A stretch of 64,000 nt of DNA, taken from positions 800,001 through 864,000 of the forward strand of contig CAWDEM010000004.1 of assembly GCA_963801355.1 (NCBI GenBank), given 5' to 3'. Shown in pieces: positions 1 through 9,461 of the stretch. The notes beneath the pieces were generated by a model. It did not search any database. It saw only the letters and a list, made by a program, of their open reading frames with translations, and was not told the origin of the DNA. Each line of letters begins with the position of its first letter. Positions within the stretch are counted from its first letter, which is position 1. The position numbers were made by a program, and so were the translations under genes. Origin of the DNA: Ignavibacteriota bacterium (lineage in GTDB: Bacteria > Bacteroidota > Ignavibacteria > UBA10030 > UBA6906).

Positions 1-221
1 TGAAGGAACTGATAGATCTGCGAAAGGCCTACGGCATCGGGATGGACGGTGACGCCGGCATCACGTACGAACTCCTGACGTTTCACAGGCTGTCGTCTGA
101 CAAATACCGGAGCCTCGGACTGGAGTACAAGGCCTCAGGCATGGACTCTCCATCAAAAGAACAGATGCAGATGCTCGCAGGCGTGGCGCGCAGTCTCGGG
201 ATTGCTGTCAGCGTCCGGTAG
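1..221 (+). CDS. Glycyl-radical enzyme activating enzyme (radical SAM), 3' end only
   Basis: Not in ORF track. Frame from nt 3 reads KELIDLRKAYGIG...YELLTFHRLSSDKYRSLGLEYK...SVR*, matching the ELLP(F/Y)HxLGxxKYxxLGxxY C-terminal motif of PflA-type activases. Lies directly upstream of a GRE. Confidence 0.8.
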   Translation, partial: KELIDLRKAYGIGMDGDAGITYELLTFHRLSSDKYRSLGLEYKASGMDSPSKEQMQMLAGVARSLGIAVSVR

Positions 222-263
222 GCGCGCAGAACAACCGCACGGAACCATGAACGAAGGGAATCA

Positions 264-2498
264 ATGCACACACCTCCGATGAACGAACTCACTTATCGAC
301 AGCGCGTCGATATGCTTCGTGCGACGAAGCTACGTCACACAGAAGAAAAGAGGCGTGCAATTGGTTCCCTCGATATGGACGATCTCCCCATCATGCTTCC
401 GCCGCCGGAGATACGCAAGATCGTGCGTATTGTCAGCGGTTCCGGCATCACCATCGCCGATGCGCTCTTCAGTAACTTCGTGCCCAGGAGTAATCATCCC
501 GGTGGCGGATTCTTTGGCGCCCGGGCGTGCGGTGAAAATTTCCACGCCCTGCTGGATACTCATCCGCCGTACATTGATCCGCTTAGCTCCCTCGCAGGGG
601 GCTACATGGCCAGCTTCCTTGCCTATCGCGAACCCGCGTGGAATCCGGATTTCGACTACTCACACCTGTCTGAAGGACAGACCACGTACAGGCTGCACCA
701 CGGCATCGGTGCGGTCCAGCACTTCTGCCAGGACATGACGATTGGTTTTTCCCTCGGGTGGGGCGGTCTCCTCGACAAGATCCGTGATTACCGCGTCGTC
801 AATACGGACGAGGAGTCCACCGAACTCTATGATGGACTCGAACACTGTGTGCTGGGGATTCAGCACTGGATTTCACGGCATGCCCTGGCTGCACGTGAAA
901 TGGCGGAACGGGAGGAGCGTCCCGAGCTGCGCCGCAATCTGCTGCAAATGGCGGATATCAATGCGGCGCTGGTCAACAGGCCGCCTGCAACCTTCCGGGA
1001 GACCTGTCAGTGGATGTTGTGGTACCAGCTCGCCGCAAAGGTGTACAACATGAGCGGCTCGCTCGGACGCATCGACCAGTTCCTGTATCCCTATTTTGAG
1101 AGGGAAAAGAGCCAGGGGACGCTGACGGACGAGGAGACGATCTTTCATCTGTGCTGTTACTTCCTCATGGATACCAGTTATACACAGCTGGGGGGTCCTG
1201 ATGCCGCGGGCAATGACACGACCAATGCCCTTTCGCATCTCGTGCTGGAAGCTGCACATCGACTCAAAATCCCGGTGAACGTGGGAGTGAGTGTGGGGAA
1301 GAATGTGGATCCTGCTCTGGTACGTCGCGGCGTTGAGATGTTGTTTGAGGACAAGACCGGCATCCCGAAGTTTCTGGGCGTAGATCGCACAAGCGAGGGT
1401 TTTGCCCGCAATGGATATCCTATCGCGCTGGGCAGGGAGCGGGCGTACTCCGGTTGCCACTGGTGTGCGATCCCCGGACGCGAGTATACAGTGAATGACT
1501 GTGTGAAGATCAATCTCCCCGCTGTGTTCGACGTTGCCTTTCGCGACATGATGGCCGATCAGTCCCGGACGCCGGGCATCCTCCTTCTCCGGGAGAGATT
1601 CGAGCATCACCTGCGCCGCAGTGTTGAAGTCATCGCGGAAAGCCTGGATTTTCATATGGACCATATGTACCGGGTATTTCCGGAGCTCATTCTGGACCTT
1701 TTGTGTTCCGGTCCGATCGAAAAAGGCCGGGATGCATCGCATGGCGGAGTGGAGTTCTATAATCTGTGCGTCGATGGAGCAGGCCTGGCAACCGTGGCTG
1801 ATTCGTTCGCCGCCGTCGAGCAGCGCGTTGAACGGGAGAGCAAGCTCTCCTGGCACGCACTGCTGCAACTGCTGGACGGCAATTGGGCGGGAACGGAAGG
1901 GGAGCGCATGCGGCAGATGATGAAGAGCATTCCCCGATTCGGGAGCGGCGGATCATGTGCCGACGAGTACGGACAATTTGTCGCCCGCATGTTCACCACG
2001 CTGGTGAAGGAAAAGGCTACGCCGCACGGGTTCAATATGATTCCCGGACTGTTCTCCTGGGCTGCGAATATCCTCATGGGGAAAGATGTGGGTGCCACAC
2101 CCAACGGACGCTATGCCGGAGCGCCGATCTCACACGGGCCCAATCCGGATCCCGGCTTCCGCAAAGATGCCGCTCCGACCGCTCTTGCTCTCGCGGTCGC
2201 CTCCATCCAGCCGGGGTACGGAAACACGGCGCCGATGCAAATTGAGCTTGACCCCGGTCTCTCAAAAAGCAGGGAGGATATTGACAAGGTCGTCAGTCTG
2301 ATCACGACACATTTTGAGCTTGGTGGAACGCAGATCAATATGAATATCCTCGATAAGAAAGCCATCCTGGAAGCACATGCGGATCCTGCCAGTCATCCGG
2401 ATCTTGTTGTGCGCGTGACCGGTTTCAGCGCGTTCTTTGCCAGCCTGTCGCCGGAGATGCGGCAGATCGTCGTCGATCGCATCATCGCAGAAGGTTGA
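264..2498 (+). CDS. Glycyl radical enzyme (PFL/PflD-like superfamily), substrate unknown
   Basis: 744 aa; C-terminal glycyl loop LVVRVTGFSAFF; GATPNGR motif; SLGRIDQFLYPYF; Cys loop YSGCHWCAIPG. Confidence 0.92.
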   Translation: MHTPPMNELTYRQRVDMLRATKLRHTEEKRRAIGSLDMDDLPIMLPPPEIRKIVRIVSGSGITIADALFSNFVPRSNHPGGGFFGARACGENFHALLDTHPPYIDPLSSLAGGYMASFLAYREPAWNPDFDYSHLSEGQTTYRLHHGIGAVQHFCQDMTIGFSLGWGGLLDKIRDYRVVNTDEESTELYDGLEHCVLGIQHWISRHALAAREMAEREERPELRRNLLQMADINAALVNRPPATFRETCQWMLWYQLAAKVYNMSGSLGRIDQFLYPYFEREKSQGTLTDEETIFHLCCYFLMDTSYTQLGGPDAAGNDTTNALSHLVLEAAHRLKIPVNVGVSVGKNVDPALVRRGVEMLFEDKTGIPKFLGVDRTSEGFARNGYPIALGRERAYSGCHWCAIPGREYTVNDCVKINLPAVFDVAFRDMMADQSRTPGILLLRERFEHHLRRSVEVIAESLDFHMDHMYRVFPELILDLLCSGPIEKGRDASHGGVEFYNLCVDGAGLATVADSFAAVEQRVERESKLSWHALLQLLDGNWAGTEGERMRQMMKSIPRFGSGGSCADEYGQFVARMFTTLVKEKATPHGFNMIPGLFSWAANILMGKDVGATPNGRYAGAPISHGPNPDPGFRKDAAPTALALAVASIQPGYGNTAPMQIELDPGLSKSREDIDKVVSLITTHFELGGTQINMNILDKKAILEAHADPASHPDLVVRVTGFSAFFASLSPEMRQIVVDRIIAEG

Positions 2499-3619
2499 TT
2501 GGCCATACTTCCCCGGAAATCATGACGACTACCGCCCGTCAGCGATTCCTGCATTACGTCAGGGATCCCGCATCGTCACCGCCGATTGTTTCTCCGTTCC
2601 TTCCACATCCTGATGTTATTAACGCGACGCTGGCCTCCACACGCCTGCCGGTCACGGACGACCCCGTCGCCAATGAAATCAGGCTGGCACAACACCTCGG
2701 CTATGAGCCGATGTTCATGACGGACTGTTCGGGCCTGATCTTCAATTGGCGGATCGATGAGTCACGATCGGATGGTGTGGATGTGGTCCGGACCATCGAC
2801 ACGGAACGGGGTGAGTGGGTGCGCCGGTCGCCAAGAGTCGAAATGCCGTGGAGTGACGAGTCGGGCTGTCCGGTCAATACTCCTCACGATCACGCAATGC
2901 TCGTGTCCGCGTGCGATCAGATCGATGACCGGAACGATGAACTCAGGATGTACTTCCGGACCTGGCGGGAGAAGGTGGGTGAGAACGGCGTCATTGTCCT
3001 GGGGCATCCCCATCCGGCATGGCTTGGCTACCAGATCAGTCCATCGCAGATCTTCTATCAGTGGACGGACGATCGCGAGGTGTACCTGCGCAGCATGGAG
3101 GCCGTGTTCCGTGCTTCCCTGAAGGTGATGGCAATCGCAGTGGAGGAGGGGATCGATTTCATGAGTGATTCCAGCTATGGGCTGGAAATGACGTCCCCGG
3201 CATTGTTTGCGTCGATGGATCTTCCGTATATCCGCGCTTTTGCACAATGGACGAGAGAACACGACAGCCTGTTCTGGTATCACAATTGCGGTTTTACCCG
3301 TCAGCTCATCAAGGATGGCACGTTCAACACACTCGGAGCTGACGTGATTGAGACCATTGCGCCGCCACCGGAAGGCGACAACGATCTGGCGGAGTCGCGT
3401 CGCTGTCTTGATCCGGGCATCTGTTCCAAAGGAAATCTGAATCTTCAAATATTGCGGGATGCTGCGCCGGAACAGATCTCCAGAGAGGTGCGGAACATGG
3501 TACACGCGGTCCGCGGCTTCGCCCACATCCATTCCACGGCGGATGCGGTGCTCCCCGGGACGCCGCCGGAGAATTTCATTACCTTCGTAAACACTGCACG
3601 GGACGCCGCCGGACGATAG
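2495..3619 (+). CDS. Uroporphyrinogen decarboxylase (URO-D/MtaA/CmuA) superfamily protein
   Basis: WYHNCG, SKGNL and STADAVLPGTPPENF motifs. TTG start overlaps the GRE stop; alternative ATG at 2522. Confidence 0.8.
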   Translation: MIGHTSPEIMTTTARQRFLHYVRDPASSPPIVSPFLPHPDVINATLASTRLPVTDDPVANEIRLAQHLGYEPMFMTDCSGLIFNWRIDESRSDGVDVVRTIDTERGEWVRRSPRVEMPWSDESGCPVNTPHDHAMLVSACDQIDDRNDELRMYFRTWREKVGENGVIVLGHPHPAWLGYQISPSQIFYQWTDDREVYLRSMEAVFRASLKVMAIAVEEGIDFMSDSSYGLEMTSPALFASMDLPYIRAFAQWTREHDSLFWYHNCGFTRQLIKDGTFNTLGADVIETIAPPPEGDNDLAESRRCLDPGICSKGNLNLQILRDAAPEQISREVRNMVHAVRGFAHIHSTADAVLPGTPPENFITFVNTARDAAGR

Positions 3620-3651
3620 ATACCGGGCGATTCTTTCATCACTGGTGAACT

Positions 3652-4935
3652 ATGAGACACGCATACGCGAACACTCTGTTTCTTTCTCTTCTCATCCTTT
3701 CCTGCGGCAAAAAAAGCGAGATGGTTGAAATCCAGGACTGGAATTTCGGCGGGAGGCCGAACCTGATGGTCTGGCTGCGTCAGAGGACCGAGAGCTTCGA
3801 GGCAACGCATCCAGGAATCAAGGTTGTCCAGAGTGACAAGAGCTGGAACATGATCCGCGAGATCCTGTATACAAGCTTCAGCACCGGGACGGGGCCGGAT
3901 GTTGTGAATACGCACGCCAACTATGCCTCTGAATTCGGTGAAGCGGGCTACTACTATCCCGTGAACAAATTCCCGGATTTCGATTCGGTAAAACAGTGGT
4001 TCGTCCCTCAGCTGTTCGAATCGACACACTACAAAGGCAACTACTACGGTTTGCCGTCAAGCGCCATTGCGTTTGTTCTGGTCTGCAACAGGCAACTCTT
4101 CGACGCAGCACACATGGTGCCTCCGAAAACCTGGTCGGAATTTCGCAGCGCGGCAAAGCGTCTCACCAGGGACACCAACGGCGACGGCCAGATCGACCAG
4201 TTCGGTCTCGTCCTTATAGGCGGCGACAAGGGGGGATTCGCCTACCGTATGGTGCCATTTTTCTACAAGGCGGGAGCCGACTTCATGTCTGACGATCTCA
4301 CGAAGGTGGTGTTCAATTCGCCTGCGGGTGTCGCGGCATTGACGCTGTTCGCTGAAATGTATCAGGTGGATCACTCGATCGCCCCGGGGTTTCTTGCGTA
4401 TGGACATTCCGAATCCAATGACGTGTTTTGCGGCAACAAGGCGGCGATGGCAATCGAAGGCCCCTGGATCAGGGCGATGGTGAATGAGATGAGCCCCGGC
4501 AAAGACGTGTACGTCGTCAGCGTACCTGTTCCTGACAACATGCTTGATCAATACGACACGCTCCCCACCCTGCAGGATATGGTGATGTATTCCATCAACG
4601 CGCAGTCCAAGAACCTGGAAGCTTCGTGGGAGTTTATCAAGTATCTCCGCAACGAAGAGGCCGATATGGCCTGGATCCGGGAAGATCTCGGTGCAATTGC
4701 CACGACACACTCTGCGCTGAACAGCCCTGAAGCGCAGAACATCAAAGATCTGCCCCTTTACATCAATGAACTCAAGCATGCGAGACCGTTGCCTCCTCAT
4801 CCCAAAATCGTCGCACTCACAAGCAATACCTTCACCCCGTTCTGTCAGAAGGCGATCGTCGGTGAGCTGACGCCCAAAGATGCGCTCGACCAGGCCGCCC
4901 GGGAGGCACAGGAGGTCATCGAAGGCACGAAATGA
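3652..4935 (+). CDS. Sugar ABC transporter substrate-binding lipoprotein
   Basis: Lipobox ILSC; GTGPDV, YYGLP, PPKTWSEF and AAMAIEGPW motifs of CUT1 binding proteins. Confidence 0.9.
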   Translation: MRHAYANTLFLSLLILSCGKKSEMVEIQDWNFGGRPNLMVWLRQRTESFEATHPGIKVVQSDKSWNMIREILYTSFSTGTGPDVVNTHANYASEFGEAGYYYPVNKFPDFDSVKQWFVPQLFESTHYKGNYYGLPSSAIAFVLVCNRQLFDAAHMVPPKTWSEFRSAAKRLTRDTNGDGQIDQFGLVLIGGDKGGFAYRMVPFFYKAGADFMSDDLTKVVFNSPAGVAALTLFAEMYQVDHSIAPGFLAYGHSESNDVFCGNKAAMAIEGPWIRAMVNEMSPGKDVYVVSVPVPDNMLDQYDTLPTLQDMVMYSINAQSKNLEASWEFIKYLRNEEADMAWIREDLGAIATTHSALNSPEAQNIKDLPLYINELKHARPLPPHPKIVALTSNTFTPFCQKAIVGELTPKDALDQAAREAQEVIEGTK

Positions 4936-5801
4936 AAAAAGCTACTCCTTATCTGCTTCTGCTCCCTGCACTGCTGTTTACGGCATTTGTTCTGGGCTAT
5001 CCCCTCGTTCAGAATCTCGTGAACAGCGTGAGGGACGTGAGCCTGGTGAGTGGAGTGGGAGGATGGGTTGGACTCTCCAACTACGCCCACGTTCTGGATG
5101 ACCCGCTCTTCCTGAGTTCTTTGCGGAACACACTGATCTACGCGCTGGTTGGCACCCTCCTGGCTCTGGTGATCGGGCTCGGGTTTGCCCTCCTGCTGAA
5201 CATGAAAATCGGCCGGATCACAACCATCGCCTCTTTTCTCTATACCATACCATGGGTCATCTCGCCGGTGGTGGCGGGTTTTTCCTGGAAGTGGCTCCTG
5301 AACGACCATTTCGGAATTATCAACTACTGGCTCTCCTCGGCAGGCCTCATCGACCCCGGCACCTCATGGCTCGGAGATCCCCGGACCGTCCTTGCCTGCG
5401 TCATCTTCGCCAGAGTGTGGCAGTTCTATCCGTTTGCGATGGTGATGTTCCTTGCGGGGCTCCAGGCTATTCCCCTGGAAGAATATGAGGCTGCTGCTGT
5501 CGATGGAGCCACGATGGTCCGGAAGTTTTTCCATATCACACTTCCCAATCTGAAACCGGTGTTCTCTGTGCTCCTCGTTCTCGGTGTGATCTGGAGCTTC
5601 AATGATTTCAATATTGTGTTTGTCATGACGCGTGGGGGGCCGATGAATGCCTCCATGGTCCTTCCCGTACTCGTCAGAGAATTCTCGTTCGTCTTTTTTG
5701 ATCTCGGTAAAGGTTCGGCGCTCTCCATTATGACCTTCATGCTGCTTGTCTCCCTCTCCTTCCTGTATCTCAGAGTCCTCTCCGGGAAGGAATCCGCATG
5801 A
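4932..5801 (+). CDS. Carbohydrate ABC transporter permease (MalF/UgpA-like)
   Basis: Hydrophobic; EAA motif YEAAAVDGA...FFHITLP; MTRGGP; ATGA coupling to upstream gene. Confidence 0.93.
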   Translation: MKKATPYLLLLPALLFTAFVLGYPLVQNLVNSVRDVSLVSGVGGWVGLSNYAHVLDDPLFLSSLRNTLIYALVGTLLALVIGLGFALLLNMKIGRITTIASFLYTIPWVISPVVAGFSWKWLLNDHFGIINYWLSSAGLIDPGTSWLGDPRTVLACVIFARVWQFYPFAMVMFLAGLQAIPLEEYEAAAVDGATMVRKFFHITLPNLKPVFSVLLVLGVIWSFNDFNIVFVMTRGGPMNASMVLPVLVREFSFVFFDLGKGSALSIMTFMLLVSLSFLYLRVLSGKESA

Positions 5802-6610
5802 AACGATATGCTCTCACGGCCCTGATCATTCTGTTGTCTCTTCTTGTGTTGCTTCCGTTCCTGTGGATATTCTCCACTTCCCTGAAGCCGCTGTCGGAGG
5901 TGAACCGGTATCCCCCGGAGTGGTTCAGTTTGAACATGAGCCTGAAACCGTACAGGGACATGTTCTTCTTTCTGCCGTTTTCCATTTATGCGTTGAACAG
6001 CATGATCGTGGCGTCATCGGCGACCATCATTACGCTACTCGTTGGAAGTCTGGGGGCGTTTGCGTTCTCCAGGTTCCAGTTTGCAGGTAAACGCATCTTC
6101 CTTCTGGTGTTTCTTCTCTCGCAAATGCTGCCCGGCGCTTCCGTCATCATTCCGCTGTTCCAGCTGCTGAAAGAGATCGGGCTCTATGATACGCATGTCG
6201 GATTGATTCTTGTCCATTCGTCCGTCTTGTTGCCGTTTGTCATCTGGTTGCTGTACGGCTTCTTTCAGGGTATCCCCAGGGAGATAGAAGACGCGGCGCT
6301 GATTGACGGATGCTCAAGATTGAGTGCTCTCCGCAGGGTCATATTGCCGCTGGCCCTCCCCGGCATCGGGGCTACGGCACTGTTTGCTTTCCTCGGCTCC
6401 TGGAACGAGTTTTTCTTTGCCCTGATATTGACATCGTCGGATGCCACAAAAACCATCCCCGTCGGCATAGGTCTTTTTGTCGGGGAATACAACGATCTCT
6501 GGAACCAGATGGCCGCGTCGGCGGTGCTGTTCAGTCTGCCACCGTTAGTGCTTTTTGCCCTCATGCGAAAGACATTCGTTAAAGGGCTGGCAGCGGGAGC
6601 GGTGAAATGA
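5798..6610 (+). CDS. Carbohydrate ABC transporter permease (MalG/UgpE-like)
   Basis: IPREIEDAALIDGCS, SWNEFFFAL, ends GLAAGAVK; ATGA coupling. Confidence 0.93.
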   Translation: MKRYALTALIILLSLLVLLPFLWIFSTSLKPLSEVNRYPPEWFSLNMSLKPYRDMFFFLPFSIYALNSMIVASSATIITLLVGSLGAFAFSRFQFAGKRIFLLVFLLSQMLPGASVIIPLFQLLKEIGLYDTHVGLILVHSSVLLPFVIWLLYGFFQGIPREIEDAALIDGCSRLSALRRVILPLALPGIGATALFAFLGSWNEFFFALILTSSDATKTIPVGIGLFVGEYNDLWNQMAASAVLFSLPPLVLFALMRKTFVKGLAAGAVK

Positions 6611-6658
6611 AGGGATTGATGAGAAGTGGATTTGACCACTGAAACCCAAGGAGGGGTC

Positions 6659-8155
6659 ATGCAGAGAACGATGCGGTTCGCCATTTGCGCCTCGGTGTTG
6701 TCGGTCGGGGCGAACGTTGCCTTGTGTCAGGGCGTCGTCATCGGACGCGACGATGTGACGTTGATGTTTGCCATCGGGCAAGCTGTGACATATCACCATG
6801 ACACATTGACCACATCCGCGGATATCGGTGCGCCGGGTGGCCCGGCAAGCTGGGATTTCACCGGCCTCACAACCCAGTTCGTTGAGACACGGACAGGTGT
6901 GGCTGTACAGTCCACGCTGTATGCTGCCGGGTTCCCTCAGGCCACACACGCCCTTCTTGATCCAGCACTTGCCATGCGCCTGAATACCGGTTCTCTTGGA
7001 TGGGCAACGCTGACGTCCCCCCAGGCATACTATTACTATAGTATAGGCGATGACCTGAACTACTACGGCGTTCAAGGAAACGGGATTGGATTCCTCGACA
7101 GTTCACCTGGCACGCCCATTCCTTTTTCAGCCCGGTGGTTTGGTCTGCCCTCGGCGATCGAGTATCGCTTCCCCGTCGAACTGTCAAAGAGCTGGTCCTT
7201 CGATTATGTCGACTCGCTTGTCGGTACCGCCACGTTGCCCGGTTTCCCCGTCCCCCTGTCGTTGACAATGGGCGATCACTACTCCGTCGCGTGTGAAGTG
7301 GACGCCTACGGCACACTCACGTTGCCCGGTGGGACCACGCGGGAGGCGTTGCGCATTAAGAGAGTGAGCACAAAAAACAACAGTCTGGTGGAAGCCGCGT
7401 ACACTATTGTGACAAGGAATGGGGCCGCTGTGCAATTGAAGGTGAACGATCCTTCCGCGACCAGCGGTGCCGTTTCAGTGAGCGGTATACGATGGACGGA
7501 AGGTGTGCCTGACGAACTGGTCCCGGTGCAACTGGCGAGTTTCACGGCAACGCAGCAGGAAGGAAGCACTGTTGATCTCGCGTGGACCACTCTCTCCGAG
7601 ACCAACAATTTCGGATTCTACGTTCAGAGAAAAGACTCAGAGGAGGGAGAGTTCGCGGAATTGACGGGTGCTTTTATCCCCGGCCACGGCACGACCATTG
7701 TTCCCCGGAACTACACCTATCGCGATGTTACCGGGGGGATCGGTGCGCGGTGGTACCGGCTGAAGCAAGTTGACCTTGATGGCACCGCTCATCTGTCGGA
7801 GCCGGTGCAGGTGAACGCTGTAACGGCTGTCCCGGCTATTGCTCCCGCGGTGTATGCGCTGTCGCAGAACTACCCGAACCCTTTCAATCCTTCGACAACG
7901 ATCCGCTACAGTCTGCCATATCGCTCTCATGTCAGACTGACGGTCTTCAATGCCCTCGGCCAGCAGGTTGCACAACTGGTCGACGGTGAAGTGCAGGGCG
8001 GGCAACATGAGGTACAGTTCGATGCGTCAGGCCTTGCCGGCGGCGTGTTGTACTACAGAATGCAGGCACGCCCTCTGGACTCCACCGTCGGGCGTGAGTC
8101 GGGGAGCGGAGGCGGGACTTTTCTCGAGACGAAGCAGCTGATACTTCTGCGGTGA
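6659..8155 (+). CDS. Secreted protein with T9SS type A sorting domain
   Basis: ATG 6659 after GGAGGGG; signal peptide; VPVQLASFTA...WTTLSETNNFGFYVQR module; LSQNYPNPFNPSTTIRY C-terminal domain (CTD). Confidence 0.85.
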   Translation: MQRTMRFAICASVLSVGANVALCQGVVIGRDDVTLMFAIGQAVTYHHDTLTTSADIGAPGGPASWDFTGLTTQFVETRTGVAVQSTLYAAGFPQATHALLDPALAMRLNTGSLGWATLTSPQAYYYYSIGDDLNYYGVQGNGIGFLDSSPGTPIPFSARWFGLPSAIEYRFPVELSKSWSFDYVDSLVGTATLPGFPVPLSLTMGDHYSVACEVDAYGTLTLPGGTTREALRIKRVSTKNNSLVEAAYTIVTRNGAAVQLKVNDPSATSGAVSVSGIRWTEGVPDELVPVQLASFTATQQEGSTVDLAWTTLSETNNFGFYVQRKDSEEGEFAELTGAFIPGHGTTIVPRNYTYRDVTGGIGARWYRLKQVDLDGTAHLSEPVQVNAVTAVPAIAPAVYALSQNYPNPFNPSTTIRYSLPYRSHVRLTVFNALGQQVAQLVDGEVQGGQHEVQFDASGLAGGVLYYRMQARPLDSTVGRESGSGGGTFLETKQLILLR

Positions 8156-9276
8156 CACCTCCGCGATCGCACACGACCGGGACGGGTTTCTGGTCGGTAG
8201 TGTCCCAGGACCCTCTGTTTGACCTCGAGATAGTAGGAATAGTTGTCGTATGTCACATCCGGCGGGACCCTGTGATCGACGCAGGGAATATACCGCCCCT
8301 GATCTATCAGGGGCCGCAGGCGATCCATTTCCGCATCGATGGCATTCTTGCCCGCAATGAGGGCGTGTTTGTCCACACCGCCGAAGAGGAGGATCGCGGG
8401 CAGATCTTTCCTCAGCTTGAATACATCAGTATGAGCAACTTCGAGGGGGAACATGCAGTTGATGCCTGCTTCGAGCCAGCCGGGTGCGAGCTCGTGGATG
8501 CGCCCGTCGCAATCCAGCACGTTGACGTCAATACCATGCTCCGTCAGTGCGCGGGTAATTCGGCTGTAGCGGGGGATCATCATCTCTTTGAAAAGACGGG
8601 GAGAGAGCAGCGGGCCCCTGTTGTAGCACATATCCTCCCACCACCAGGCAAGGTCCACACCATGGACCGGCAGCGCCCGATCGATCAATGTGAGAGTTAG
8701 CTCGATAAGGTGGTCCATCATTTCCTCGACCCATGTCCGGTCGGTCATCAGGGCGATGGAAATGCCCTCGACGCCCATCCAGTTTCTCAGCCAGCCATAG
8801 AGTGAGCCGGCATGGAAAAAGACAGGCGATCCATCGACTTGCGCCTGCCGCAGCAGTGCTTCTACGTCGCCAATCCTCCCGTTCGTGTCCGGATCAAGAC
8901 GCTCCCGGCGTAAGCGCTCCCAGTCCTGCCGGGTTTCCAGCCCGAACTTGACATAGCGCGGCATGCTCGAGTGTTCGGAGAACACCTCGCAGATGTTTCC
9001 TTCATCGTCCCTGATCAATTCGCGGTCCCCATGCCTGGAGAGAACAGTCCGCTCAAAGGCGGGAAACAGCCCGTTTGATATCGGAAGCTGTTTGAACAGC
9101 GTGATGCCATCCAGGCCGAAGTGTTCCTCGGCGGTGGCATCTGTCGTCACTGTGACGGGCAGCCCCTGTGAGTGCCAGGCGGAAAGAGTTTCGCTCCAGT
9201 AGCCGAACTCCACGTTTGGAATCCGGTCGGTGCTCTGACCCTTGAGAACTGCAAGTATTTGTTTGCGGACGGTCAC
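8053..9276 (-). CDS. Second URO-D superfamily protein
   Basis: Likely GTG start 9276 (MTVRKQILAVLKGQSTDRIP); WWEDMCYNRGPLLSP, VLDCDG, FGGVDK, YIPCVDHRVPPDV. C-terminal tail overlaps the convergent gene. Confidence 0.85.
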   Translation of the reverse strand: MTVRKQILAVLKGQSTDRIPNVEFGYWSETLSAWHSQGLPVTVTTDATAEEHFGLDGITLFKQLPISNGLFPAFERTVLSRHGDRELIRDDEGNICEVFSEHSSMPRYVKFGLETRQDWERLRRERLDPDTNGRIGDVEALLRQAQVDGSPVFFHAGSLYGWLRNWMGVEGISIALMTDRTWVEEMMDHLIELTLTLIDRALPVHGVDLAWWWEDMCYNRGPLLSPRLFKEMMIPRYSRITRALTEHGIDVNVLDCDGRIHELAPGWLEAGINCMFPLEVAHTDVFKLRKDLPAILLFGGVDKHALIAGKNAIDAEMDRLRPLIDQGRYIPCVDHRVPPDVTYDNYSYYLEVKQRVLGHYRPETRPGRVRSRRCHRRSISCFVSRKVPPPLPDSRPTVESRGRACIL

Positions 9277-9461
9277 GGAACCTTCAGGAGGAGAGTAGAG
9301 ATCGGGCGGCACAAGTCGCATCCACCATGCAAAGGTACGCAGTCTCGATACAAACCTCAAGGAGCGGGTGTGCGGCAGTCGCATTCGTGATTCTTCTCCC
9401 CTATATTGGTGGAGTCACCGTGATTCATAGAACGTGGTCTACGAGATTGAAGGAAAGAACG

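Noticed and set aside
264-2498. Calling the GRE pflB, cutC or hypD
   Set aside because: Lacks the CC pair of PFL and the GCVE-type loop of eliminases
2495-3619. Calling either URO-D-like gene hemE
   Set aside because: No RQAGR N-terminal motif and no tetrapyrrole gene context
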